DNA of 64,000 nucleotides from Candidatus Woesearchaeota archaeon (lineage in GTDB: Archaea > Nanobdellota > Nanobdellia > Woesearchaeales > ARS49): NCBI GenBank assembly GCA_038891615.1, contig JAWADY010000002.1:64994-128993 (forward strand). The letters are read 5' to 3'. The number at the start of each line of letters is the position of its first letter. Within the stretch, counting starts at the first letter, position 1. The notes beneath the pieces were generated by a model. That model did not search any database. It was not told where the DNA came from and worked only from the letters and a program-made list of their open reading frames with translations. This document shows positions 27,256 through 36,667 of the stretch, one piece after another. Both the position numbers and the translations under genes were made by a program.

Positions 27256-27645
27256 CTAGCAAGGTTCGCTCATCTCTGTAAGTGGTATCCTTAAGAGCCT
27301 TTCAAGCCTTTTTGCTTCTGCCAGTTCTGGCAAAAGCTCTCCGTTCTCAAACTTGCGAAGCACTGATTCCCTCACAGCAATCCTTGATGCAAACTCCTTT
27401 TGGGTCAAGCCTGTCTTTTCCCTCGTAATCCTCAATTTTTCTCCAAAATCGCTTACAACCCGCTCTATCGCCTTTTTTTCTGCAGGAAAACTTTGAGGTT
27501 TTGCCTGACTCTTTTTGACGGCTTCAGTTGGCAAAACAGTCAAAACTTTTCCAAACCGGCTGCAGCTCTTGCAAAGCCAAAGCTCTGCACCTTCAACTAA
27601 ACACCTTGCAAAGCTTTTTGTCCGATTACATATTTCACAAAGCAT
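27256..27645 (-). CDS. mbf1: Archaeal multiprotein-bridging factor 1-type regulator (N-terminal Zn ribbon + C-terminal HTH_XRE)
   Basis: CEICN...CKSC zinc ribbon. HTH ITREKTGLTQKEFASRIAVRESVLRKFENG. Confidence 0.7.
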   Translation of the reverse strand: MLCEICNRTKSFARCLVEGAELWLCKSCSRFGKVLTVLPTEAVKKSQAKPQSFPAEKKAIERVVSDFGEKLRITREKTGLTQKEFASRIAVRESVLRKFENGELLPELAEAKRLERLLRIPLTEMSEPC

Positions 27646-27653
27646 AGGTTTAA

Positions 27654-28064
27654 CTACCCTTTCATCACCTTTACTACAAGCTTTCGCGCTCTTGGGCCAT
27701 CAAATTCACAAAGCCAGATTCTCTGCCATTCTCCAAGTGCAAGCCTTCCATCAAACACTGGTATTGCAAGCGAAGGGCCAATAAGACTTGCCTTTAGATG
27801 GGCCGTGGCGTTGTCATGAACCCTTCCATGTGCCCAACCCCCTTTCACCTTTTCAGGAGCAAACATTGAGAGCACTCTTAGAAAATCCTCCTTTATTCCT
27901 GGGTCTGCGCTTTCGTTTATCGCAAGGCAGGCTGTTGTGTGTTTTAGCCAAAGAAAAGCAACTCCAGAACTTGTGCCCAAGACGGTCTTTTCTATATCTT
28001 CAGTTATATCAACAATTTCTTCCTTTTTTGTTGTTTGAAAGCTTAACTCAATCATTCTCGACAT
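27654..28064 (-). CDS. YjbQ/UPF0047-family protein
   Basis: HTTACLAINESADPGIKEDF...HGRVHDNATAHLKASLIGPSLAIPV..G.LALGEWQRIWLCEFDGPRARK matches the YjbQ family consensus. Confidence 0.75.
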   Translation of the reverse strand: MSRMIELSFQTTKKEEIVDITEDIEKTVLGTSSGVAFLWLKHTTACLAINESADPGIKEDFLRVLSMFAPEKVKGGWAHGRVHDNATAHLKASLIGPSLAIPVFDGRLALGEWQRIWLCEFDGPRARKLVVKVMKG

Positions 28065-28133
28065 TTTAACATCTCAGCACTTTAAAAACTTTCTTCAGCA
28101 AGATTTAAAAATGTACCCACCTACTTAAAAAGA

Positions 28134-29213
28134 ATGGTTCAAAAAGAGGAGCTAAAAAAAATTATTTGTTCAGCGCTTTCTTCTGGAATATCTCGTAAGG
28201 AGCTTGAAAATTTTCTTGCAGAGTTCGGTTGGCCACAAGAGATGGTTCATGAATATATCAACATCGACTGCGACAACCTCCCAATAATTTATGTTCGTGG
28301 AGTATCAAAAAGCTTTGGGAAGCATCAGGTTCTGCAAGATGTTACTTTTCATATCAATAAAGGTGAAATACTTGGTATAATCGGCGCAAGTGGCGTCGGA
28401 AAGACAACCCTTCTTAACATCATTGTTGGTTTTGTTCAACCAGATTCTGGAGAGATTGTTTTAAATATTCCACATAAGCCTGGCTGGGGTGGTTCGCGTG
28501 ATGTCAAAAGGATGTTTGGGTTTGCAGCGCAAACCCCTAGCTTTTATCCACACCTAACTGCGCGCGAAAACATTGAACACTTTGCCGCGCTCTACGGCTT
28601 CACAAAAGCTGAGCGCAGGCTAAGGGCAGAATCACTGCTAAAGCTCGTAGGACTTTCAGATTTCGCAGAATTACTTGCTTCACAGTTGTCTGGTGGAATG
28701 CAAAAACGTCTTGATATAGCCTGCGCCCTTGTGCACAACCCTCCCATTCTAATACTAGATGAGCCTGTTGCTGACATTGATTTGCTTCTTAGGCAGCAAA
28801 TGTGGAACTTAATAAAAGCAATAAACAAGCGCGGCACAACGGTCATTATAGCTTCACACTTCCTTCTTGAGCTTGAAAGCTTGTGCACAAGAATTGCGCT
28901 CTTGCACAAAAAAAAGATTACACAAATTGGAAGTCCTCCAGAGCTCAGCTCGGCTCTTCTAAAAAAGCACAGGATGACCTTGGAGCTAGCCTCACGCAAC
29001 TATACCCAACTTTTTTCAGAACTTGCCCGCGACCCAAAGCTTAAGTGTCAGTTTTTTATTCAAGAAGGCAAAGCGGTGTTGTTGACAGAAAGTCCTGAAG
29101 AACTTCTACACGCGCTTGTGCACATACTTGAACGCTCAAAAGACACTCTGCTAGAGTTGAATATTTCAAAGCCAACATTAAAGGAGCTGTTTGAGGTAGT
29201 GGAAAAGGGATAA
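28134..29213 (+). CDS. ABC transporter ATP-binding protein with about 45-aa N-terminal extension
   Basis: Walker A GASGVGKTTLLN, signature LSGGMQKRLDIA, Walker B ILILDEP, H-loop ASH. Confidence 0.85.
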   Translation: MVQKEELKKIICSALSSGISRKELENFLAEFGWPQEMVHEYINIDCDNLPIIYVRGVSKSFGKHQVLQDVTFHINKGEILGIIGASGVGKTTLLNIIVGFVQPDSGEIVLNIPHKPGWGGSRDVKRMFGFAAQTPSFYPHLTARENIEHFAALYGFTKAERRLRAESLLKLVGLSDFAELLASQLSGGMQKRLDIACALVHNPPILILDEPVADIDLLLRQQMWNLIKAINKRGTTVIIASHFLLELESLCTRIALLHKKKITQIGSPPELSSALLKKHRMTLELASRNYTQLFSELARDPKLKCQFFIQEGKAVLLTESPEELLHALVHILERSKDTLLELNISKPTLKELFEVVEKG

Positions 29214-29217
29214 TGCG

Positions 29218-30954
29218 ATGAGCGCGCTAATTGAACTAATACGAAAGAATCTCCTTCTTCTTGTTAGGGCTAGGGCTTCAGCATCGATTGTTGTATTTGG
29301 GCCGATGCTAGTGATATTTGTGGCTGGGCTTGCATTCGACAATATCGGTACCTATAACGTGCGAGTCGGGGTCTATTCTGCACACTTTAACGAGCTCTCA
29401 GAGTCCTTTGTGCAAACGCTCTCAAAGAACAGCATGAAGATTTCGCGTTTTGATTCCGAAAACAGCTGTGTTGACGCAGTCAGAGGAGGAGCGCTTCATA
29501 CCTGTATCGTCTTTTCGCCAGATTTCACTCTTGGTAAAGATGCAGCAAATGAGCTTTCCTTTCATATAGATCCCTCTAAAATAAACCTTGTCTGGGTGAT
29601 TCTTGAATCCCTTTCCTCAGCTGTCGCTGAAAGGACAAGGGAGCTTTCACTTAATCTTACCTCTGTTGCAATCAGAGCTATTGAGATAACTGATAATGAA
29701 CTCTCTGGTAAAAAACCCGTTGTTATCCAGCTAGCAACTGAAAACGAAGAGGTTTCGCAAAAGGCATCAGAGATAAGAGAGCGTCTTGGCCGACTTGATC
29801 TCGGCATTAATAAGTCAGCATTTGGAATTGAGGTTATGTCAAAAAGGCAAGAAGACATTCAAAATCATCTAGAAGAACTCAAGGCAATCTCAAATGAACT
29901 CGTGGGCAGCGTCGCTGAAAGGTTGAACAGAGCCAAAGATCTCGTTGAAAGTAGCGAACTGAACTCCACGATAAAAGAGAACATAACCGAAGCTCTGGCA
30001 AGGGCAAGGAACAGCCTTTCTTCTTTTGTCTCAACAATAAATCTAACAATGAATGCAACAACCACAAGCTTTGCTGAAGTTAACGCTTCATTACAGAACC
30101 TTGTTTATCATGTTGAAACAACTGCCAACAAGCTTCAAGCAGTAGAAGAAACAAGAAATAGAGTCTTTGCAACTCTTGAAGCAGCAAAAGCAGAGCTGGA
30201 CAGTTCACTACTCGGAATTGCTTCTATTCAAAACTCCCTCAACAAAATTTCATCCATACTCTCAATGGTTCAAATTCGTGAACCAGAAAAGATTGTCCAA
30301 CCCATCACAACTGTAATAAAGCCAGTTGTTGCACAAAAGACTTATCTGAACTACATTTTCCCAATCCTTGTCATTCTTATTCTCATGTTCACCGCGCTTT
30401 TACTTGCTCCAACTTTGATACTCTTAGAGAAAAAATCAGCAGCCTTTTTTAGAAACTTCATGGCTCCAACTCCAGGTGTTGTACATCTTGGTTCAGTCTT
30501 TATAAGCTCTGGAATTATCCTTATCTTACAGCTTGCAGTACTCTTGGGAATCGCAGCCATAGGTTTCAAAGCTCAAATTACAACAAACATTGTCGCAACA
30601 GCAATAATCCTTTTCATTTTGCTCATCCTTTTTATAACTCTTGGAATGATTTTGGGATACCTTTTTAATTCAGAAGAAACGGCAATGCTAGCGGCTATTG
30701 CACTTGGTTCTGTTTTTCTCTTCCTGTCAGACATAATCATCCCCATAGAGACCATGCCACCGGCTATAGAAGGGATGGCAAAACTGAACCCCCTTATCCT
30801 TGGCGGCCTTGCTCTTCGAAGAGCTATCATTTTCGGTGCGACACTTCAAGAACTATGGAAGGAGGTTGCAATTTTAGGAGGATATATTCTTGTCGCAGGA
30901 CTTTTTGTTTTAGCAGCTTATTTATCAGGCAAGAGCAGGCAAAAAAATATTTAA
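29218..30954 (+). CDS. ABC-2/YhgE-Pip-like permease with large extracellular coiled-coil domain
   Basis: N-terminal TM, roughly 300-aa extracytoplasmic helical domain, then 5 C-terminal TM helices. Immediately downstream of the ABC ATPase. Confidence 0.6.
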   Translation: MSALIELIRKNLLLLVRARASASIVVFGPMLVIFVAGLAFDNIGTYNVRVGVYSAHFNELSESFVQTLSKNSMKISRFDSENSCVDAVRGGALHTCIVFSPDFTLGKDAANELSFHIDPSKINLVWVILESLSSAVAERTRELSLNLTSVAIRAIEITDNELSGKKPVVIQLATENEEVSQKASEIRERLGRLDLGINKSAFGIEVMSKRQEDIQNHLEELKAISNELVGSVAERLNRAKDLVESSELNSTIKENITEALARARNSLSSFVSTINLTMNATTTSFAEVNASLQNLVYHVETTANKLQAVEETRNRVFATLEAAKAELDSSLLGIASIQNSLNKISSILSMVQIREPEKIVQPITTVIKPVVAQKTYLNYIFPILVILILMFTALLLAPTLILLEKKSAAFFRNFMAPTPGVVHLGSVFISSGIILILQLAVLLGIAAIGFKAQITTNIVATAIILFILLILFITLGMILGYLFNSEETAMLAAIALGSVFLFLSDIIIPIETMPPAIEGMAKLNPLILGGLALRRAIIFGATLQELWKEVAILGGYILVAGLFVLAAYLSGKSRQKNI

Positions 30955-30976
30955 ATTGCCGCAATGAAAAAAGAGC

Positions 30977-32398
30977 ATGGTGCTTAAGCTCTATAACACC
31001 CTTTCAAGGCGGAAAGAGATTTTTAAGTCAATAAAACCAGGCAAGGTAGGCTTCTACACCTGTGGTCCAACGGTTTATGATTATCCTCATATTGGAAACT
31101 ATCGCGCCTTCATATTTGCAGATATCTTAAAGCGCTATCTGACCTACAAGGGATATGCAGTAAAGCATGTCATGAACATCACTGATGTTGATGACAAAAC
31201 CATAAGTCGTTCAAGGCAGGAAGGTGTAACACTAAAGCAACTGACAACCAAATACGCCAATGCCTTCTTTGAAGAACTTGCACTACTCAACATAAAGCCA
31301 GCAACTGTTTATCCACGTGCAACAGAGCACATTCCCGAAATGGTTGCAATGATAAAAGCTCTTATGGCAGCCGGACTTGCGTACACCGCATCTGATAACT
31401 GCATTTATTATTCGATATCAAAATTCAAGGACTACGGGAAGCTTGCTGGAATTCGAATGGAAAAACTCCGGCCCGGAGCTTCTGGCAGAGTGGTGAGGGA
31501 TGAGTATGAAAAGGAGCGCGTGGAGGATTTTGCGCTTTGGAAGGCATGGCGTCCTGAGGATGGTGATGTTTTCTGGGAAACTGAATTAGGAAAAGGAAGG
31601 CCTGGTTGGCATATCGAATGTTCGGCCATGTCAACAAAATACCTGGGTTGCCCATTTGACATACACTCTGGAGGCGTGGATCTCATCTTTCCACATCATC
31701 AGAATGAGATAGCACAAAGTGAAGGGGCTGGATGTAAAAAGTTTGTAAACTATTGGCTGCACAACGAATGGTTGCTTGTTGAAGGGAAAAAGATGTCAAA
31801 AAGTCTTGGCAATTTCTACACCCTCAGAGATTTGCTTGCAAAGGGTTATGACCCAAAGGCAATAAGATATATCCTTCTTGCCACACATTACAGACAAAAG
31901 TTAAATTTCACTTTCAAAGGCCTTGAGGCTGCTGAGAGGTCTCTTCAAAGGATATGGGATTTCGTGGCAAGGCTTGACAGCCAGCCTCTTTCTGTGAAGA
32001 AACCAGCAGCCATAGATGGCATTATTTCCAGGACAAAGGCAGCCTTTGAGGCAGCGATGGATGATGACCTCGATATATCAAAAGCACTGGCAGCAATCTA
32101 TGCTCTTATAACAAAGACAAACAAGCTCATCGATGACCAGAGGCTTGCAAGAGAGGACTGCCAAAAAATAAAAAAATTTTTGATAACAATTGACAGCATT
32201 CTTGGGATTCTTATACCGCCGCCACAGGACGAGCTTGCGCCAGAACTTAAAGCTCTCATTGAAAAGCGTGAGGCAGCAAGGGCGGCTGGAGACTGGGCAA
32301 AGGCTGATGCGATACGCCAGGAGCTAGCTCAAAAAGGAATTCTTCTAGAAGACACTCCACAAGGAGTGCGCTGGAAAAAGGTCAAAGCACTATCCTGA
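30977..32398 (+). CDS. cysS: Cysteinyl-tRNA synthetase
   Basis: CGPTVYDYPHIGN (HIGH region), KMSKSLGN, and Zn-binding Cys/His typical of CysRS. 473 aa. Confidence 0.9.
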   Translation: MVLKLYNTLSRRKEIFKSIKPGKVGFYTCGPTVYDYPHIGNYRAFIFADILKRYLTYKGYAVKHVMNITDVDDKTISRSRQEGVTLKQLTTKYANAFFEELALLNIKPATVYPRATEHIPEMVAMIKALMAAGLAYTASDNCIYYSISKFKDYGKLAGIRMEKLRPGASGRVVRDEYEKERVEDFALWKAWRPEDGDVFWETELGKGRPGWHIECSAMSTKYLGCPFDIHSGGVDLIFPHHQNEIAQSEGAGCKKFVNYWLHNEWLLVEGKKMSKSLGNFYTLRDLLAKGYDPKAIRYILLATHYRQKLNFTFKGLEAAERSLQRIWDFVARLDSQPLSVKKPAAIDGIISRTKAAFEAAMDDDLDISKALAAIYALITKTNKLIDDQRLAREDCQKIKKFLITIDSILGILIPPPQDELAPELKALIEKREAARAAGDWAKADAIRQELAQKGILLEDTPQGVRWKKVKALS

Positions 32399-34793
32399 GC
32401 TCTTTCCCAAACCTTATTTCTGTAATGTTGTGCGTCTGCTGGAGCTCTTTTTCAGCAGGAGCGAGGCTTTCCGGAAACACAGCCAATTTTACAGAACTTT
32501 TGAGACTTAAGCCTTTTTCCTTTTTTGCCTTCCATATCGCGCTGTTTACAGAAAGAAGATCTTTGGTCGCTAAAGCAGGTTTTGCAAGAATTTTGGCTTT
32601 TGGAAATTTTTCTGTATGTATCTCTTTTCCTGTCAGTCTCTCATAGATTGTGCTTGTTATCATTGGAATGACTGGTGCGAGGAGCTTGAGAAGCGTTTCA
32701 AGGCAGTGATTTAGTGTTTGGATTGCTCCTGCCTGCTCAGCAATGCTCCAGCTTTGATTACTATTATATGCACGACCTTTTACAAGCTCAAGGTAATTCG
32801 ACGCAAAAGTTTCCCATATGAAATGTCTGATGGCAATTACAGGTTGATGGAAATCGTAGTTTTGATAGCGCTCGTTTGCAAGCTTCACTAGCTCGTTAAG
32901 TTCAAACAAAATCCATTTATCTAACTCCCGCAACTTTGGTTTTTCTCTTTTGCTCTTAAGCTCTGGAAGCTCAAACATTGAAATAAATCTGGCAATATTC
33001 CAAAGTTTTGTCAGTGTTTTTCCAGCCGCTTCAATACGCTCAAAGTTACACCTGAAATCACCCTTTTCCAAGTTTCCTTCAACAGCAGCCCATAGTCTAA
33101 ATGGCTCTGCACCAAAACGGTCAAGTACCTCTTTAGGCTCTATGACATTTCCTGCAGACTTCGACATCTTCTTGCCGGACTCATCAACTACATGATAATT
33201 TATCCAGACATCTCTGAATATTGGTTTCCCAGTCAAGAGATAGCACTTTAGCAAAGTGTAATAAAGCCATGTGCGTACTATCTCTTTGCCTTGGGGCCTT
33301 AGTGAGCATGGTGCTGCTTTTTCAAAAAAATCTTGAGCTCTTGACCACTTTAGAATGTACAATGGGCTGTTTGAGCTGTCAAACCATGTATCTAAAACCC
33401 TTTCCTCTCCTTTGAAACTCTTGCCTTTGCACTTTGGGCAAGCGTCGATTGGTGGCCCCTCCTTCCATGGTTGATAATACCTTGGTCTTTTTTCAATCGG
33501 TGGAACAACTCTGTAACCACAGCCAGTGCATTGCCAAAGTGGAATTTCTGTTGCATAATATCTTCGACGTGATATCGGCCAATCAAGCGATACAGACTTA
33601 ATCCAATCTAAAAGAAGCTGTCTTGACTCTGGAGAAAAAAATCTCAGCGCATGAGCTATCTTTTCCATCCTCGATTTATACTCGACCTGTTTTAGGTAAA
33701 ACTCTTCCATTTCTATGAACTCAATAGGATCTTTCGAGCGCTCACAAACAGGGCTCCTGTGAAGGATCTTTCGTTGTTTCACAAGAAGCCCCTCACCTTT
33801 CAAACGCTCAATCATGGCCTTTCTCGCAACATCAACAGGGAGCCCAGCCAAAAACTGAGCGTGCTCATTCATCGTGCCATCCTTGTTTATTGCAATGACT
33901 GGCTTCAATCCCATCTCTCTAAAGAACCTGATGTCACTCAAATCTCCTGCTGAGCACATCATGACAAGGCCAGTCCCTTTTGTTGGGTCGGCAAGTGGAT
34001 GAGCCTTTATCGGAACCTCTTTATTAAAAATTGGAGTTATTGCTGTCTTGCCCTCAAGGTGGCTGTACCTCTTGTCTTCAGGATTATATATGACCATCGC
34101 ACAAGTGCATATTAATTCTGGCCTGGTTGTTCCAACAATAATTTTTTCTCCACTCTCCTTTACTGTAAAAACTATGTCGTTAAAATCAGTTTCTTTGAGC
34201 TCGTACTCTATTTCAGCATCTGCAAGAGTTGTTTGACAACCAGGACACCAGTTGCTTATCCTTTTGTCCTCATAAATAAGCCCTTTGTTCCACAGCCTAA
34301 TGAATGTCTCCTGTGTCAAAGCCCTATAGTCTGGACTGTCGGTTGAATATGCATCACCAATCTTGTCGCCTTCATTCCAGGAATTAAAGCTTATACCGCA
34401 TCTCAAAAAATAGTTGATGGATGCCGTTGATGCCTTTTCAAGAATTTTTTTGCAAAGCTCGAGTGCTTTTCCCCTTGGAATTGAGTTGAGTTTCACCTTG
34501 AATTCCTTTTCAGCAGCCATTTCAATAGGCAAACCATTCTTGTCAAGGCCAAGCGGGAAAAGTACGGCATCCCCTACCATTCTATGGTAGCGTGCGAACA
34601 TATCCATCAAGACATAAGTAGTTAGTTGGCCGATATGAATAGGGGTATTAACATATGGAGGTGGAGTGTCTATGCTGAAAACCTTTTGTCCCCTTTTTTT
34701 CTTGAAAGCATAAATTCCAGAATCCTTCCACTTATTGTACCTATCAGCTTCAAGTGCCTTGCTCCAAGCTGTTTCTTTTAGCTTAGTCGCCAT
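32382..34793 (-). CDS. valS: Class Ia aminoacyl-tRNA synthetase, most likely valyl-tRNA synthetase (LeuRS/IleRS not excluded)
   Basis: PPPYVNTPIHIGQ (HIGH-like), GKKMSKSAGNVIEP (KMSKS), DWPISRRRYYATEIPLW (class Ia DW.ISRQ motif), two Cys knuckles. 803 aa is short for this family. Confidence 0.55.
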   Translation of the reverse strand: MATKLKETAWSKALEADRYNKWKDSGIYAFKKKRGQKVFSIDTPPPYVNTPIHIGQLTTYVLMDMFARYHRMVGDAVLFPLGLDKNGLPIEMAAEKEFKVKLNSIPRGKALELCKKILEKASTASINYFLRCGISFNSWNEGDKIGDAYSTDSPDYRALTQETFIRLWNKGLIYEDKRISNWCPGCQTTLADAEIEYELKETDFNDIVFTVKESGEKIIVGTTRPELICTCAMVIYNPEDKRYSHLEGKTAITPIFNKEVPIKAHPLADPTKGTGLVMMCSAGDLSDIRFFREMGLKPVIAINKDGTMNEHAQFLAGLPVDVARKAMIERLKGEGLLVKQRKILHRSPVCERSKDPIEFIEMEEFYLKQVEYKSRMEKIAHALRFFSPESRQLLLDWIKSVSLDWPISRRRYYATEIPLWQCTGCGYRVVPPIEKRPRYYQPWKEGPPIDACPKCKGKSFKGEERVLDTWFDSSNSPLYILKWSRAQDFFEKAAPCSLRPQGKEIVRTWLYYTLLKCYLLTGKPIFRDVWINYHVVDESGKKMSKSAGNVIEPKEVLDRFGAEPFRLWAAVEGNLEKGDFRCNFERIEAAGKTLTKLWNIARFISMFELPELKSKREKPKLRELDKWILFELNELVKLANERYQNYDFHQPVIAIRHFIWETFASNYLELVKGRAYNSNQSWSIAEQAGAIQTLNHCLETLLKLLAPVIPMITSTIYERLTGKEIHTEKFPKAKILAKPALATKDLLSVNSAIWKAKKEKGLSLKSSVKLAVFPESLAPAEKELQQTHNITEIRFGKELRIVL

Positions 34794-35192
34794 TCAAAAC
34801 ACCAAAGACATTCCTTTTATACTCTTTTCAATTTCATAATAGCTAAGGCGCCCAAGCTTTGCACTCCTTGCCCTCTCACAAATGCTGGAAAAGAACCGCG
34901 TCATCTTTTCTTCAAGTTCCTCAATGTCGTTGCTTGTTCGTACGACAACAGTCCCTGCAAGAGGGCCTTCATCTTCCACAAAGCTAATTCCAGAATCAGC
35001 CTTTTTAGCCTTATTTCTTATTTCCGAAATGACCTCTTTTGTTAGGATGGCAGGCTCGATGATTTTACATCTTTTGACAAATGCCTTTTCCTTGCCTGCC
35101 GAATTGACGATGACCCTGAAACTTACCTCTTCAGTCCTTGGATCAAACTGCTCAACCTCAATTTTTTTGTAGCTTATATCGACGAACTGCAT
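34794..35192 (-). CDS. Hypothetical protein (132 aa), start/stop-coupled upstream of the class Ia aaRS
   Basis: ORF with consistent coding appearance. No recognisable motif. Confidence 0.35.
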   Translation of the reverse strand: MQFVDISYKKIEVEQFDPRTEEVSFRVIVNSAGKEKAFVKRCKIIEPAILTKEVISEIRNKAKKADSGISFVEDEGPLAGTVVVRTSNDIEELEEKMTRFFSSICERARSAKLGRLSYYEIEKSIKGMSLVF

Positions 35193-35398
35193 GAGATGGC
35201 ATTTTGGATTTTATTTTATAAGTCTTTCGCAAAAGGTTGTCATGAAGCAGGCTCAGCTTTGGACTTCAAAAGCTATTTTTCATTTACTTTAAGCCCCTTT
35301 TTGCATTTTCTCTGACAAAAATATCTGTATGATTGCGCTTAAGTTTTCAAAATTTGAATTCCGCGAGCGTTAGTTTAATAAATTCACAGCCCTAGAAT

Positions 35399-36628
35399 GT
35401 GCAAATGGCATTATTGATTGAGAGATACGCTCCTCAAAGCCTTGCACAGATACCGCAGCCAGGGATTTCAGTTTTGCGCAACTGTGTAAAAAAACAGCTT
35501 GAAGGCAAGCTCAGTGGCAAGGCAGTTTTTATTTACGGGCCAACCGGTTGTGGAAAAACAACTGCTGTCAAATGTCTTGCAAGAGAGCTTGGACTTGAGC
35601 TTTTTGAACTAAATGCCTCTGATTTCAGGTCTTCAAAAGACCTAGAAGTGACGCTGATGCCAGCAGTTAGTCAATCGAGTCTTTGGGCTGCCAGCCGGTT
35701 GATACTTCTTGATGAGCTTGATGGCCTTGACCCCTCAGAAGATGGAGGCGCGGTTGGCACAATTTTAGCAGCGATAAAGCTTTCAAAACATCCAATTGTG
35801 CTTGTTGCAAACGAGCCGTGGACAGCTCAGCTGGCTCCGCTCCGCGAAAAGGCAATTCTCATCGAGTTTCAAAAAATACCAATTAAAATTATTTTCAACA
35901 CCCTCAAGAACATTTGTCAGAAAGAAGGAACGGCTTATGATATGCAGGCACTTGCATTGCTTGCCCAAAAGTCATCGGGGGATCTTAGGTCAGCACTCGT
36001 GGATCTTGAGCTTTTGTTGCCTAGAGGCGTGGCGCTAAAAGATGTTCAAGAGCTTGCATCAAGAGATGCATCCAAACAAATGAGCGAAGCCCTTTTTACA
36101 ATCTTTAAGCAGACAGACCCAAATGCGGTTGTTGGTGCTTTTGACAAGACAGGCGAGGAACTAACTACTTCAATGCTTTGGCTGGATGAAAATCTTCCTC
36201 GAGAGTACCTTAATCCAGCAGACCTTGCGCGGGCTTATGAAGCCCTAAGCAGAGCAGATGTTCATCTTGGAAGGATAAGACGCTCCCAACATTGGAGGCT
36301 GCTTAACTATGCAGGCATCATGATGACCTCAGGCGTTGCTGTTGCCAAGTCAAGTGTCAATGCTTACGCGAACAGATACACAAAAACAAAAAGGCTTTTC
36401 AGGCATTGGCAACTCAACAGGCAAAATAGTATTGCAAAATCAATAGCCAGCAAGTTTTCTGCTTTAAGCCATCTGTCAACAAGAAGAGCATTTCAGACAT
36501 TGCCTTTTTTGAAAAGGCTGCTTTCTAGTGCTTTTGGGGATGCTGTCGCAAAAGATGTTGGTTTAACAGATGAAGAGGTTGGCTGGCTTTTAGGAAAGGC
36601 AAAGGCAAACGGGCTGTACTTACAGTAG
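35399..36628 (+). CDS. rfcL: Replication factor C large subunit
   Basis: IERYAPQSL (W/EKYRP-like), Walker A YGPTGCGKTT, ELNASD, no SRC arginine finger. 409 aa. Confidence 0.65.
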   Translation: MQMALLIERYAPQSLAQIPQPGISVLRNCVKKQLEGKLSGKAVFIYGPTGCGKTTAVKCLARELGLELFELNASDFRSSKDLEVTLMPAVSQSSLWAASRLILLDELDGLDPSEDGGAVGTILAAIKLSKHPIVLVANEPWTAQLAPLREKAILIEFQKIPIKIIFNTLKNICQKEGTAYDMQALALLAQKSSGDLRSALVDLELLLPRGVALKDVQELASRDASKQMSEALFTIFKQTDPNAVVGAFDKTGEELTTSMLWLDENLPREYLNPADLARAYEALSRADVHLGRIRRSQHWRLLNYAGIMMTSGVAVAKSSVNAYANRYTKTKRLFRHWQLNRQNSIAKSIASKFSALSHLSTRRAFQTLPFLKRLLSSAFGDAVAKDVGLTDEEVGWLLGKAKANGLYLQ

Positions 36629-36667
36629 CGTTAGTTATTTAAAGCACACCAAGCTTTTGCACATAAA

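Noticed and set aside
27400-28069. Plus-strand ORFs (66-93 aa) opposite mbf1 and yjbQ
   Set aside because: Antisense to two genes with clear family signatures; short and compositionally biased.
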